From Felis catus (lineage: Eukaryota): DNA of 64,000 bases. Position 1 is the first letter of the stretch. The number at the start of each line of letters is the position of its first letter. The stretch covers positions 60,514,001-60,578,000 of the forward strand of contig NC_058382.1 of NCBI RefSeq assembly GCF_018350175.1, in the 5' to 3' direction. The position numbers were made by a program, and so were the translations under genes. The notes below the pieces were generated by a model that was not told the DNA's origin, ran no database searches, and saw only the letters and a list, made by a program, of their open reading frames with translations. This document shows positions 37,610 through 50,039 of the stretch, piece after piece.

Positions 37610-39040
37610 ACAATTTGATAAAATGCACCTCGTGAAATTTACCATTGTAACTATTTTTATTCTTATTTTTATTTATTTATTTTTTTTTTGAGACAAAGCA
37701 TGAGCAAGGGGAGGGGCAGAGAGAGGGGGAGGCACAGAATCTGAAGCGGGCTCCAGGCTGTGAGCTGTCAGCACGGAGCCCGATGTGGAGCTCGAACCCA
37801 CAGAGTATGAGATCATGACCTGAGGTGAAGTCGGGTGCTCAACTGACTGAACCACCCAGGCGCCCCTGTAACTATTTAAACTTTTTAAATTTTTTTTTTT
37901 TGAGAAAGGCAGAGACAGAGCCTGAGTGGGGGAGGGGCAGAGAGAGGGAGACACAGAATCCGAAGCAGGCCCCAGGCTCCCAGCTGTCAGCACAGAGCCC
38001 GATACGGGGCTCGAACTCATGAACCGTGAGATCACGACCTGAGGCGAAGTCGGACGCTCAGCCGACAGAGCCCCCCAGGGGCCCCTCCATCGCAACTCTT
38101 TTTAAGTGTGGGGTTCTGTGGTGTTGCGTACATTCACATCGGGGCCATCGCCACCATCATCTCTGAAATTCTTCATCTTGTACGAGGGAAACTCTGTAGC
38201 CATTAAACAACAACCTCCCATTCCTCCCTCCCCCAGCCCTGGCGACCACCCTCCTACCGTCTGTGAACGTGACTCCTTCCGGTGCCCCATATCAGTAGAA
38301 CGGTGCGATGGTTGTCTTTATGTGACTGTCTTACCTCGCGTGGCAGCGTCCTCGAGGCCCCCCTGTGTTTTAGCGCGTGTCAGAATCTCCTTTCTTCCCA
38401 AGGTTCGTCCTCCGCTGCGTGTGCACCTACTCGTCCAACAGCGGACCGGGGTTCTTTCATCTTCCGGCTGCTGTGAGCGGTGCAGATGTTTCTTCGAGAC
38501 CCCGCTTTGAAATTCTGGGGGTGTGTACGGTAGACTTGCCGGGTCGTGCGGTGGCTTTAGTTTCCGTTTCTTGAGGCGCCTCCTCGCTGTGTTTTGTGTT
38601 TTGGCGCAGCCCCGCCACGTTGTGCTCCCGACAGCCACGTCCTCCTCCCCTACGCTTGGTGTTTTCTGACTCTTTGGGAGCGAGCATCCCAGTGGGTGTG
38701 CTTCCGATTTCCATTCCCACGGTCCCGGGCGACGTGAGCATCTCTTCGTGTGCTTGTCGGCCGTTCAAAGAGGATCCCCTCCTGGGACGGGTGTCTGTCG
38801 CCCACTTTGGAATCTCGGCATTCTCCTTTATGTTTAATTTTTTTTTTTAATGTTAGTTATTCTTGAGAGAGTGAGACAGAGCATGAGCCGGGGAGGGGCA
38901 GAGAGACACCGAATCCGAAGCAGGCTCCAGGCTCCCAGCTGTCAGCACAGAGCCCGACACGGGGCTCGAAGCCACGGACTGCGAGATCATGACCTGAGCC
39001 AAAGTCAAATGCTTAACCAGCCGAGCCACCCAGGCACCCC
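37610..39040 (-). mobile_element. Old LINE-1 3' fragment interrupted by SINECs (37655-37866, 37875-38085, 38830-39040)
   Basis: L1 3'UTR text (aaatttaccatt..aact; cctcccccagccctggcgaccacc) plus three SINEC bodies. Confidence 0.82.
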
Positions 39041-40078
39041 TCTCCGTTATGTTTAAAGCAGCAGGCCTTAAACTGCGACCTGTGAACCCCTAGCATTTGT
39101 TCAGACTCTCTTCCAGGTCAAAACGACTTTTGTGATGCTGAGATTACCAGCAGTCAGGTGCTGGCCCCGTGCACTCGGAGTGACAATAGCAATTTCATGT
39201 AATGGTGTCTGTGAGAGAGCAGTGAGAATTCTTTTACGCTCAAGTACAGGTCTTTAAAAAAAAAAAAGAGAAAAAAAACCTTAATTTCCGTGCCAGAAAA
39301 TTTGCCTGTTCTAAGCATGCAATTCAGTGGGTTTTTTTTTTTTTTTAATTTACCAAGTTGTGTGGCTGTCGCACAGTCCAGTCCGGGAACGTCTCCATCA
39401 CCCCGGAAGACCCGCAGCCTTCAGCGCTGGTCTTTCGCACATTCGGCGAGACGATCTGGGAAGTACTCACGGAGCCCCTCTGCCGCAGTGAGGCGCGGAC
39501 GTCATCCCCAGGGAGGGCGCGCGAGGTTCGCGCCGTGGGCTGGGCCAGCCGGCGTCCCCGCGGGCACCGGCCACGGTGGCCCGGAAATGAGCAGAGCCTG
39601 GCGCTCCCCGGACAGCGGCTGACGGCGTCCGTCGCTGATAATGAGGTTTGGGCTCCCGGGCTCTCGAGTGGAGATCAGAGTTTGGGAGAGCCCGAACCTC
39701 CAGCCGCGGCGTTTATCGACCGTTGCGCGATGTCACCGACTCCCTTCTGGGCAGAAGGTCCGCTCACAGGTCGAGATAGACCGGTGGGCGCGAGCACAAC
39801 AGTTGGAAGTGCTCGGCGAGAGGGTGACGGACGGACCCCCGCACGGCGGCTGGCGGCCAGAAGCCTTCGCCGGACCGGGTCGGTGTAGTGTCGAGGGCGC
39901 GAGGGGTTCTTCAAAGCCTGCTGAGTCCCCTCCCTCATCCGGCTGCATCGCCCCCCGAGGCTGCGTTTTCTTCGCCTGCTCCAACGGCAGCGACACCGCA
40001 TGACAGGGTGAACACAGAAGCCGACGGGGGACGGGCTGCCTTCCGTTTAACGGCAGGATTCAAGCGGTCTGTGAAAAG

Positions 40079-40649
40079 GAGGGCGCCTGAGAGGCTCTGT
40101 CGGTCAGGCTTCCGACTCTTGATTTCAGCTCCCGTTGGGATCTCAGCTCGGAGTCGGCGCCTGAGAGTCTCTGTCGGTCAGGCTTCCGACTCTTGATTTC
40201 AGCTCCCGTTGGGATCTCACAGCTCGGAGTCGGCGCCCCGAGTCGGACTGTATGCTGACGGCATGAAGCCTGTTGGGGATCCTCTGTCTCCCTTCCCTCC
40301 ACCCCTCTTCCGTCCCTTCCTCCCTCCCTTCCCCTGTCTCTCTCTCTCTCTCTCTCTCTTTCAAAATAAACTAACATAAAAAAGAGGTTTGCAGAAAGAA
40401 AAGTAACGCTCATAGCAGTGTTTTTGAAATAGAGGTTTTTTTTCTTTAATGTTTTTTATTTATTTTTGAGACAGAGACAGAGTATGAGCAGGGGAGGGGC
40501 AGAGAGAGGGGGAGATACAGAATCTGAAGCAGGCTCCAAGCTCTGAGCTGTCAGCACAGAGCCTGACGCGGGGCTCAAACTCACAGAGTATGAGATCATG
40601 ACCTGAGCTGAAGTCGGACCCTCAACTGACCGAGCCACCCAGGCGCCCC
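40079..40649. mobile_element. Tail-to-tail SINEC pair: 40079-40385 (+, with internal 74-bp tandem duplication) and 40435-40649 (-)
   Basis: SINEC motifs; duplicated head segment 40082-40155 / 40156-40231. Confidence 0.88.
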
Positions 40650-42412
40650 TTTCAGTGGCATTTTTTTAAAACCATGAAGCACTTTAAACTTCTCTGTCCT
40701 TGTGATCCCTGTGTTTATTTTCTATTCTGAGTTATTCAGGCTAACAGGAAATGGGACCAGTGACTAAGGCCGCTGTCTTACTCAGAAATAACAAAGTAGC
40801 AGGACACTTTGCAGATACAGTGAGCGCGGCCTCTAGAAATGATACCAGCGCTGCCTTGTACTGACACCGGTCAGACTGACAGTCAGAAATTTAAAAATCC
40901 GCTTGTGTTTCTGGGCCCACCACACATACACGCTCACACGTGTGCCCACAGACACGATGCTGTCTTCGGACATTTCACACTGCGGGAGAAGTGGGTTCCT
41001 CCTCAGTCAGGTGTGTGGTTGTGGCCAGCAGGGCCCTGCCCTGGGAGACGTGGCTTTGGTTTCCTCTCGTCTCGGGGTTTAGTTTCTTTGATTTCTGCAG
41101 ATTTGTGTCTGTTTCGCCGATCGTGGGTTTGGTGGGATTGAACACGCAGGTTCCTTCTTTGTAGATCTGTTATTCGGGGGAAAAAAAAGCAAGGCTCAAC
41201 CCCAAGTGTATAAATGACCAGGAAAAAGTGGGGACGGCTACACCGTGGATTGATTGGTTGGTCGATCCTCCCCCAGTAAATTGGTGACTGGCTCTGGTAG
41301 GAGGCCCTGGAGGCCTGGAGGTGGCGCTAACTTTCAGAGTGTTTGCATATGTTTTGTGTATATGTTACTTTGGTTTCATACACTTGCTTTTCAGTTAAGA
41401 ACTAAAACGTCGTCGGTGCCTTCAAAGCCCTGTGTAAACCATCATGAAGAAACTCATGCCCTCGTCCTGACGGCGTGACCCGGCTTCCACTCTCCTTGTT
41501 TCTTTCTGGCCAGGGTCCTCCCATAATTGTCCGGCGTGTATCCGTCCAGAGTCACAGTCCACACGAACTCTGTGTTTGTGAAGTTTCTTTTAGAAGTAGA
41601 AGGCCGTGGGGGGTTAAAACAAGATTTATTCTTCCAGTTTCTAGAGAATACTTTCGCCTAAACAAAACGCTGGGGTTTTTTTTAAGTTCATTTCTTTATT
41701 TTGAGAGCGCAAGTGGGAGAAGGGTAGGGAGAGAGTCCCAGGCAGGTGCGACGCCACCTGCGCGGAGTCTCTTGCGGGGCTCGCCCCTACAAGATACTTT
41801 TTTAAATTACGAAAGCGTTGTATACTGGCAGAGTCAGGACAGTGAAAGATAGAAGTCTTTCTACCATCCGACAATCCAGGGTGCTTCGTTCCAGGCTTTT
41901 TTCTACACAAAAATTCACTCTTAAAAAGGCTAGTGAGTGGTTGGCTCTGTCGGTGGAACGTGCGACTCTTGATCTTGGGGTCTTGCGTTCGAGTCCCACG
42001 TTGGGTATAGAGGCGACTTGAAGATAGAATCTTAGAGTAAAAAGGCCAGCGGGAGCACACAGCTCTGCCGCCCTCTTCCGTGGGCGTGCCGACCCACACC
42101 ACCCTCCGTGGGCACCCGTCCCGGCGGTGCGGGTAGGCCTCCCCTGCCTCCGCCCGGAGCGGCCCTCTCTTCACCTCTGGTGGCCGGCAAGGGTCTCCGC
42201 CCACCCCGGAGCAGAGGGTCCAGGAGGACGGGCTCCTGTCACCTGCCGGAGACTCGGGGGCCACCCGCTGCTGCTCTTCTCCCTCGTGCTCCCGTCTGAT
42301 CTCTTCTCCCTCTTTTCTCCCCCTGCCTGTGGCAGCAGTAAAAGGTCTTTTTTGTCAGTAGGCTCATGGGAGACGTTTTTGATTTTCTTTTGGAAATATT
42401 TTAAATACAAAA

Positions 42413-42413
42413 A

Positions 42414-42510
<97 letters not shown>

Positions 42511-42527
42511 AGAAAGAAAGAAAGAAA
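42413..42527. repeat. Compound (GA)n(GAAA)n microsatellite
   Basis: Directly visible. Confidence 0.95.
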
Positions 42528-42855
42528 CCCAGAGTAACAAACCTATTTATCCGCCACCCAGTTACATATTTTAGGTTTAAAAAGTCATAGAAAAGCTGGC
42601 ACCTATAGTAATACTTTTCTGCGCTCGGAAAGTTCTGCAGTAAGCCTGTGTGATCCGTTAGTCTAACTACATGGCAGCGAGGATGCCGTGTGAGTTCTCA
42701 CAGGCTTAAAAGGCAGAGCACTTGATAGCATTTGGAATTCTTTATTTAGATACAGGACTGCATAGTCTGTTTTCTTTAAACCTCTCTGAGACTCTGGGAT
42801 TTTGAGCCCCCTGTAGTATAATATTTCCCAAACTCTGACTTCTGTGTGAATTTTA

Positions 42856-43975
42856 GGGGTGCTTGGGTGGCTGGCTCAGTCAGTTGAGCGTCCGACTTCG
42901 GCTCAGGTCGCGATCTCACGGTTCGTGAGTTAAAGCCCCATGTCGGGCTCTGTGCTGACAGCTCGGAGCCTGGAGCCTGCTTCCGATCCTGTGTCTCCCC
43001 CTTTCTCTGCCCCTAACCCGCTCGCATTCTGTCTCTGTCTCTCTCAAAAATAAAAATAAACATTAAAAAAAAAAAATTAAGAATTTTAAATGGGCAGCCC
43101 GGGCGGCTCGGTCGGTTAAACGTCTGACTTTGGCTCATGTCATGGTCTCGAGGTTTGTGAGTTGAGGATCCACCTCAGGCTCTGTGCTGTCAGTGAAGAG
43201 CCTGCTTCAGACCCTCTGTCCCCCTCTCTCTGCCCCTCCCCCCACTCATGCTTGCTCACACATGCATGCTCGCTCGCTCTCTCTCAAAAATATTTTAAAA
43301 AACAATTTTAAAAGTCATTTTCACATTTCCAGAGAAGTAATTTTAAGCATACTTTATTTCGCATTTAACTCAGATCAATTCGTTAGTTTTAATGCAAGTT
43401 AAAATATTCATGATGTTTAAAAGGTAAATTTAGCTTTTTTCTGAATTCCAAACAATTAGTTCTCTGTAATTTGTACGAGGAAAACTATGTTTTGTCAACA
43501 GAAACATTTAAATGGAGTATCACATTTAGGAGTGAATATACGGGGGGCGCCTGGGTGGCTCTGTCAGTTAAGCATCTGATTCTTGAGTTCCGCTCAGGTC
43601 ATGATCTCACGGTCTGTGGGATCGAGCCCCATGTCCCGCTCTGTGCTGACAGTGTGGAACTCTGCTTGGGATATTCTCCCTCTCTCTTTCTCTCTCTCAA
43701 AATAAGTAAACATTTTTAAAAAGTGAATATATATTAAAAGATGTCTTAAATTTTAAGTACGTGTTAACCTGTTGAAAACATTTTTAAATCATTTAGATAT
43801 TGTACGCGGTATTTATTTTTGAGCTTGTGTAGATACTGCTTGTTCAAAAAATTACATTTTTATTTTATTTTTTAAATTTTTCAACACCCTCTTTATACCC
43901 AACATGGGGCTCGAACTCATGACCCTGAGATCAAGAGTTGCATGCTCCACTGACTGAGCCAGCCAGGTGCCCCCC
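42856..43975. mobile_element. SINEC cluster: 42856-43080 (+), 43091-43310 (+), 43542-43722 (+), 43860-43975 (-)
   Basis: SINEC heads, cores and tails. Confidence 0.88.
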
Positions 43976-44574
43976 AAAATTAATATTTTAAAAACTGATT
44001 CACTTACTGGTTAAATTGAAACGTGGGCTTCTTGCCTTCTGCTCTGGAAAATCAGGCAGTTTCCTTGAACGATATTGGTGTTCTGTCACCAAGTAATTCT
44101 AAAAGATATTTTTTATAAGCACCCAGATTATTAGGGTTGTCTATGTGTGTTCTCGTTAATACATTTTTTAAGTCCAGAAATGTCCTGAAATGGTATGTGA
44201 GGCTTTGGTGGGAGACACACAGACGTCCAGAGCTGGTACAGACACCTGGAGACTGACTGGCGGAATTCTGGAAGCATCCTTCGATGCTTCTCTGTGATGG
44301 CTGTTTCAGTATGCGTGGGTTTTTTGAGTCTGAATAAATCAGGGTCCTCCTTGCATACCTCTGAGCCTTTCTGGGGGTGCAGTGTCGTCCGAGCAGGAAA
44401 CCCAGGGTCGCCTGTGATTGGGAAGCTCTCGGACTTTTTCTATTTTTAGGGGGAAATGAACTACTCACACAGTCACTTCGGAACAGGGGCCACGTTTCCT
44501 CCACCGCATAACCTCAGTCCCTTTCGGGAGCACTCAGGAAGTGCTGCTCTCAGGAAGCTCCTTAGCCCGGGGCC

Positions 44575-44604
44575 TGCGCGCGCGCGCGCGCGTGCGTGTG
44601 TGTG
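44575..44604. repeat. (CG)8(TG)n alternating purine-pyrimidine tract
   Basis: tgcgcgcgcgcgcgcgcgtgcgtgtgtgtg. Confidence 0.9.
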
Positions 44605-44895
44605 AGAAGGTGGAGGCACAGGGCGGGGGGTCTTTGCTGTGCTCGGTTCAGGCGTGAAGGGTGAGCCCAGGCAGCCCAACTCTGAGCCCGACCCCGCCAC
44701 CACCGCTGCCTGACTCCGGGCCCGTTCGGACTCGGGTTCGCACAGTCTGTGGGGTGGCGAGGGCGCCCTGTGTGGCACCGCACGGGCCCCCGGCGAAGCT
44801 GCCGCTCCTGGAGCCGCTGTGGGCAAAGCGGGCAGGAAGCTGACCTCGTGTGCTCCGATTGGCTCCCCTTTCTGACCTGGCTTTTGTCTCCACAG

Positions 44896-45044
44896 GGAAC
44901 TGCACGTGGGGAATGAACTGTAGGTTTATACACCCCGGAGTCAACGACAAGGGCAACTATTCCTTAATCACCAAAGCCGAACCTTTCCCGCCTAATGGTG
45001 CCCCACCTCTTGGACCTCACCCGCTGATGCCTGCCAACCCCTGG
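44896..45044 (+). CDS. ZC3H18: ZC3H18 exon 4 (149 nt): NCTWGMNCRFIHPGVNDKGNYSLITKAEPFPPNGAPPLGPHPLMPANPW, rest of the CCCH finger
   Basis: ctccacAG| acceptor, |GTGCGT donor; with exon 3 forms C-x7-C-x5-C-x3-H. Confidence 0.96.
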
Positions 45045-45367
45045 GTGCGTGAACCCCTCTCTTTCTTTCATTGCTAACGGACGGGACAGCTGAGCTCTCC
45101 GAACCTTCTGCTTACAGCCCATCGGTACACCTTGTGTAAAAGGCACCTCTGTGACGTCACGGTCACTGGGTCGCCTTCCAGATGCTTCCATGTCTCTGTG
45201 AGGAGGCAACCCTAGGCTCAGGGCAGCAGGTCAGGGGCCACACTGAGGCTTGGAGTGCCAGGGGCATGCGGCCGATAACCTTCTAGCTGGTGTTCTTGCT
45301 CCCGTCTCTTTGTAGATTTTGAAGTTTTGCTTGCTTTCTCAACTTTTCCCTTCTTGTTTCTTAATAG

Positions 45368-45460
45368 GGTGGGCCCGTAGTTGATGAAATTTTGCCTCCA
45401 CCCCCTCCAGAGCCCCCCACGGAGAGTGCCTGGGAACGAGGACTCCGGCACGCAAAGGAG
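45368..45460 (+). CDS. ZC3H18: ZC3H18 exon 5 (93 nt): GGPVVDEILPPPPPEPPTESAWERGLRHAKE
   Basis: Long pyrimidine tract ..ttaatAG|, donor GAG|GTAACT, phase 0-0; absent from the ORF track, translated by hand. Confidence 0.95.
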
Positions 45461-46178
45461 GTAACTGGAGGGCCTGAGGAAAATTCTTGAGCACGAGTAG
45501 CGTTGCTTTGATTCAGAGACAGTGACTGGAAACTCAGTGAAGTCTCTGAAGTGAGGGAGCGGTTTCCTAAGAGTTAAGAGAGCTCCGTCGGTCTGTCCAA
45601 GGCCCAGGCGTGCCGTCTTCCCGCGGCTCGGGTGGCGTCACACCGCACCCCGGCTGGTGCTGCGGCCCCCGGCCTCCTGGAGCCGTGACCCGTGCGTGTG
45701 CAGGCCCGTCCCTTCCCGAGATGGCCGCTGTCCCCGCCCGCGCCCTCCCTCCAGGCTGTCCCGTGGCCCTGGCCGTCAGGCTTGTGGTCTGTCGCCACCA
45801 GACCTGCTTTCCAGGCCCTCGCTTCACTTTCTCTCCAGTGAGGTGACGGGATAAAAACGAAACCATTCCCCTGCCTGGCTCAGCACGGAGCCCGCCCCCC
45901 ACCCCCCGCCGCCCTGGAACCGCTTTCTCTCCATGCTTGGGCCCCGTCACGAGCGAGTATCTGGGGCTCCCTGGCTCAGGAGGTGGCCGGCTCTGTCACC
46001 CCTTTCCAGAAGGCAAGCCAGCTCCGTGGCACCGCGTGGCGGGCCCGTCCTGCCGGTGCAGAGATGGTGTGCCTGGGCCTGGAGTCCCTCGGCCGCTCCC
46101 GCTGCCCTGGCTGGGGCGCCGTGGGGCCGCCTTTCCTGACAGCGACTAGCGTTGACTTCTTCCTTCTTACGACGGTAG

Positions 46179-46336
46179 GTTTTAAAAAAAGCAACCATTC
46201 GAAAAGAACAGGAGCCCGATTTTGAAGAGAAAAGGTTTACGGTGACCATCGGCGAAGACGAACGGGAGTTTGACAAGGAAAATGAAGTTTTCCGGGATTG
46301 GAATTACCGCATCACGAGGGATGTCCGAGAGACAGC
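46179..46336 (+). CDS. ZC3H18: ZC3H18 exon 6 (158 nt): VLKKATIRKEQEPDFEEKRFTVTIGEDEREFDKENEVFRDWNYRITRDVRET-A
   Basis: ..cggtAG| acceptor, |GTAAGG donor, phase 0 to 2, open frame by hand translation. Confidence 0.95.
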
Positions 46337-48916
46337 GTAAGGAGCCATCCCTCCTTCCCTTCTGAGGGACAGTGAAGCTGTCCCCAGGCGCGGGAGCCTC
46401 GCGCTCTTCCCTCAGGCCTCGGGGGGCCGTGCCTCCCTCTCCCCGTCCTCGGCTCAGAACGGCCTTCCCAAGATCGTGTCAGAAGCTCTGCAGGGGCTTT
46501 CCTGGGTTTTCTGCGCCGTGAAGGAAACGCCCCGGCTCTGGCAGGGCCGGGTGCCCGGGGAGGGCTCACCTCTGTGTGGCTTCCTCTGAGCTCTGCGTTT
46601 CTAGAGCTCTGCTCCGAACCCCTGGGGCCCCAGCGGTCTGCCTCTTTCCACCCTCCTCCCGGTCTCCCAGCGGCCAGGAAAACCCATGAAATTGTCACCA
46701 GAGTCTAGGAACTCGGCAGGTGTGACACTTTTCATCGTAAATGGCCTTGTTCCTTCTCCGACACGTCCTGTTACTGGTCTGGTAGAGAAGTGCATGTGGT
46801 TGAAAGGCTTCGGGGCTCTCACAACATCCCCCCGCACGTCTTCCCGGGGGACGGTCGGCTTTGTCGTGCTCCCCTTGGAGGGGCAGACGCAGGCAGCTCT
46901 CTCCTGAGCAGCCACCGCAGCGTGGGCTCGGGTCACCGCGATCCGAGCCAGCTCTGGCGCCCAGGCAGCGTCATAGCAGCGCTCCGCTCGGCCACACCTG
47001 CCGTGGGAGAGCGTGCTCGCTGGGGTCTGGCCGCGGTGGCGGTGGGCGCAGAGAAGGGGTTCGCAGACGGGGCTTGCCTTTCAGGGTTCCACCGGCCAGG
47101 CTGCTACTCGAAGCTCGAGGCTCGTGTCCCACATCGTGCACCCTGCCCCCGGCTCTCTGCCTGCAGAGAAGGACAGGGGGGGACCCTGTGCTCCACACTT
47201 GTGTCAGGGGACAGCTCAGAGTTTGCAGCGTAGAGATTTAAAGCCGTGGTTCGGACTTGTGTGTTTTCTGATTCTGGGTGTGGAGGCCTGTCAGATCCCG
47301 GACGGGAGCGTGGCGTCGGGACTCTGTCTGCCAGCTCCCACGGCTCCCTTCGGGTCCTGAGGCCTCACGCTTTTCTTGGGGAAAGCGCAGGTGAGGCTCC
47401 CGTCCCGCCGGGCTCAAGGGGCAGGCGGACAGTCCCAGGGGCTGGGGTGACCGGCACAGAGGGTGTGCTCTCTGAGCGTGCTCACTCTGAACGCTGGGTG
47501 AAGAGGCTCCGAACCTCGACACTCGGCCTCCCGGCCGCTGCTGGAGTGGGGGGGCCTGGAGCGTGTGCCCGCAGGGGAGCCGGCCGGCGACTGCGGCTCT
47601 GCAGGGCGCATGCGGGCCTCGGCCGAACCGGCGGCTGTGCCCTGGGCCTGCCCCGCGTGTGGTGCCGGTGGGTGCCGTGCTCCCTCTGCGGAGGGTCCGT
47701 GGTGCGGGACCTTGCGCCTCTAAAGCCTCTGAGGATGGCCCTCAGAGCCAAGTTTTCACTCACGTTTGGTTTTTCAACGTCACTGCCCTAGAATTAACCG
47801 GGGGCTTCTGTGACACCCCTGTGTCGGGCCCCACCCGACCTCATCAGTCAGGGCCTCTGGGAACAGGGCCCCTGTGGCGAGTGTGGGTGAGAAGGCACCT
47901 CTGCCCTGTCAGTCAGGGTCCGCTAAACACAGGAGACCCCCTGGCTATTTTCATTTCATGTAAAGACTGTGCAAACAGAAGGCAGCGGCAGCTGTAGGAA
48001 GTGGGTGGGGGGGGTGGCAGTTGGAAGTTCACACCGAGAAGCTGGAGGCCGGGCTGGGACTCAGGCCGCTGAGGAGGGGAGCGCTGGCCGGCTGTGCCGG
48101 CTCCCCTGTGGTGGGTGAGGAGGCCGGGGTGCCAGAGTCCTGCGGGCGGCAACGGGCAGAGGCCAGGACAGAGAGACCCTTCTGCCCCCGGGGCCCGGCC
48201 AGCCCCTGCGGCACCTGTCGTGGGCCAGCCTCGTGCGGGGCAGTCGGGAGAACAGGGTGCTCTCGGCAGAGGGTGTGGGGGGCTCAGTCAGATACCAAGC
48301 GGACAGCTTAAAAGCAGTTCAGGGCCGTTGATGTAAAACTCAGAACCACCAGCCGTGCTGGTGTTCCCTGCCCGGGACCCCGGGGCACAACAAGCTCTGT
48401 GCCCAGGTGCTTTCCACCCGGCGATGCGGCAGGCCTGTGTGCCGGGTCCCCACGTGCGCCAGGTGAGGGAAAGTGGGGAAGAGGGAAGGCGGGGAAGGGC
48501 GTGAGGGACCGGCAGCACCACCAGGGGCCGGCCAGCGTGTCCAGGGAAGGTGGGGCCCCGCTAGCTAGCTACCAAGCCTTCTGGGCGATCCTCGTGCCCA
48601 CCCACTGAGGTTTGAGAGCCGTGGACTTCAGTTCGGGGGCCCGGGCCCCCACCTGACGTCAGGGGCGGTGTGGTCAGGCTCTGGCAGCGTGGAGCTGGGT
48701 GCTCTGTTGTGGAACCAGTGGGGAAGGGTGCCCGCCCAGGAGCTCCTGAGGAAGTAGCCTGAGACAGTATGAAGCACAGGAAAACCAGTGTTTTCTTTAT
48801 GCCATTTTTGGGAATTAACTTGTTTATTAGCAGGATCACTTAGTAAAGGTAGTGCTTTTCAGATGCCAGCCACCTCGTGGGACCTCATGCGCACAAGGTA
48901 TTAAGAAATGTCACCC

Positions 48917-49200
48917 TGGGGGGGTGGGGCGTTGGGGGGTCAGTTGGTTACGTGTCCAACTGCGGCTCAGGTCATGATCTCGCCGTTCCTGAGTTCGAGC
49001 CCCGCGTCGGGCTCTGTGCTGACAGCTTAGAGCCTGGAGCCTGCCTCAGAGTCTGTGTCTCCCTCTCTCTCTGCCCCTCTTCCCCCCTGAAAAACAAAAA
49101 AATGATTAAAAAAAAGAAAGAAATGTCACCCTGGAGTTCCCAGCCAGCTCAGTCAGTGCGAGTGCGACTCCTGACCTCAGGGCCACGAGTTCAAGTCCCG
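48917..49200 (+). mobile_element. SINEC plus short SINE fragment
   Basis: SINEC core; TSD aagaaatgtcaccctgg on both sides. Confidence 0.85.
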
Positions 49201-50039
49201 TGACTTTGATGTCATCTCTGTGCAGGAGGCTGGGGTGCGGTTAATGCAAGAACATGCACTGAGCCCACAAAGGCGCCCTGACCATTCCCTCCTTCACGTG
49301 GGGACCCTGGTGGCGGTGTCCTAAGACTCCAGGCCGTCCCACGGGAGAGAGGCCGTTACACGTTGCTTACCCGGTTTCCCAGAAACGAATTTGTCGGCAC
49401 GGCCCTCCTTTGAGAGAGCACGCACCCTCACATCCGTTTGGGAAGGTGTTTCTCCCAGGGCCTGGGTTGGCCGGGAATGGTGCTGGGGCCTGGGGGGGCC
49501 ACGTTCTCTCTTGCTGTCGAGCAGCGGGCTGGGCCACGGCAGGCCTGCGCAGCTGCTGACTGCTGTCTTACACGCGACCTGAGTGGTGGGCACTTAGGCG
49601 CTTTGGAAGATGTCTGGCCACTTGGAGTGAAAGAGAGCTGTGTCCTCCAGCAGAGCCGGCCTCGGGTGAGTCAGTCTGCCGGGGTCCTCGCCCAGGCGGG
49701 GCAGACACCTCCCAGAAGGCAGCCCGCTGGAGGCCATCGGGCGACCCAGAAGCTCGGCCTGGCAGCCTCTTGAGGTTGTGGGCACGTTGGTTTGCCCCAC
49801 CAGCTTACTCACAGGGGAGAGTTGGTCTGGAGCCAGGAAATCCCTGAAAGAATGCCTGTCTGTTGCCGGACTTACGTCAGGGTCCAGGGCACCCCCAGGG
49901 CAGGTCCTCTGGGTCAGTGGATAAGGTGGGATCTCCTTACTTTCCTCCCCATGGTCAGTGGCTGTCCCTTCCCCGTTGAGTACAAGTCTGCCTTGGCCCC
50001 TCGGGAGGCTCCTTTATCCTACGTGCGGCGGTCTGTCCC

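Noticed and set aside
42127..42537. ORF ending in KERERE..KKERKKER
   Set aside because: Translation of the (GA)n(GAAA)n microsatellite
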